This document shows, in pieces, positions 6,349 to 6,352 of a DNA stretch of 6,352 nt; the stretch's first letter is position 1; the number at the start of each line of letters is the position of its first letter. The notes beneath the pieces were generated by a model, which had not been told where the DNA came from, searched no databases, and worked only from the letters and a program-made list of their open reading frames with translations. Source of the DNA: Promethearchaeota archaeon (GTDB lineage: Archaea; Asgardarchaeota; Thorarchaeia; Thorarchaeales; Thorarchaeaceae); the NCBI GenBank assembly GCA_027031765.1, contig JALVPN010000042.1, positions 1-6,352 of the forward strand, written 5' to 3'. Both the position numbers and the translations under genes were made by a program.

Positions 6349-6352
6349 GGGA
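6296..6352. repeat. 24-bp direct repeat with 33-bp period (PxDEADIS x2)
   Basis: gagatatcggcctcatcgatggga (6296-6319) vs gagatatcggcctcatccatggga (6329-6352), 23/24 identical; may continue beyond the window. Confidence 0.9.

Overview
No RNA genes, transposases or CRISPR arrays were recognised. The first 888 bp hold the 3' part of a plus-strand membrane-protein gene that resembles an M48 (HtpX/Ste24) zinc peptidase fold but lacks the catalytic motifs. The rest (about 905-6352) is a compact minus-strand array that the ORF track fragments. Read across frames, it contains three paralogous and apparently 5'-truncated gene cassettes. Each has a conserved Trp/Cys-containing N-terminal part and a divergent Ala/Gly-rich hydrophobic C-terminal part. 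The cassettes alternate with intact, mutually dissimilar small membrane-protein genes. All three cassettes are broken: one by a single-base frameshift in a G6 run, one by an in-frame TAG, and one by multiple lesions. The partner genes are open, and two share a near-identical RBS/start signature. This layout resembles the orphan toxin-tip/immunity arrays of polymorphic toxin loci, but no named family is recognisable, so function is inference. Taxonomy cannot be determined from this window.
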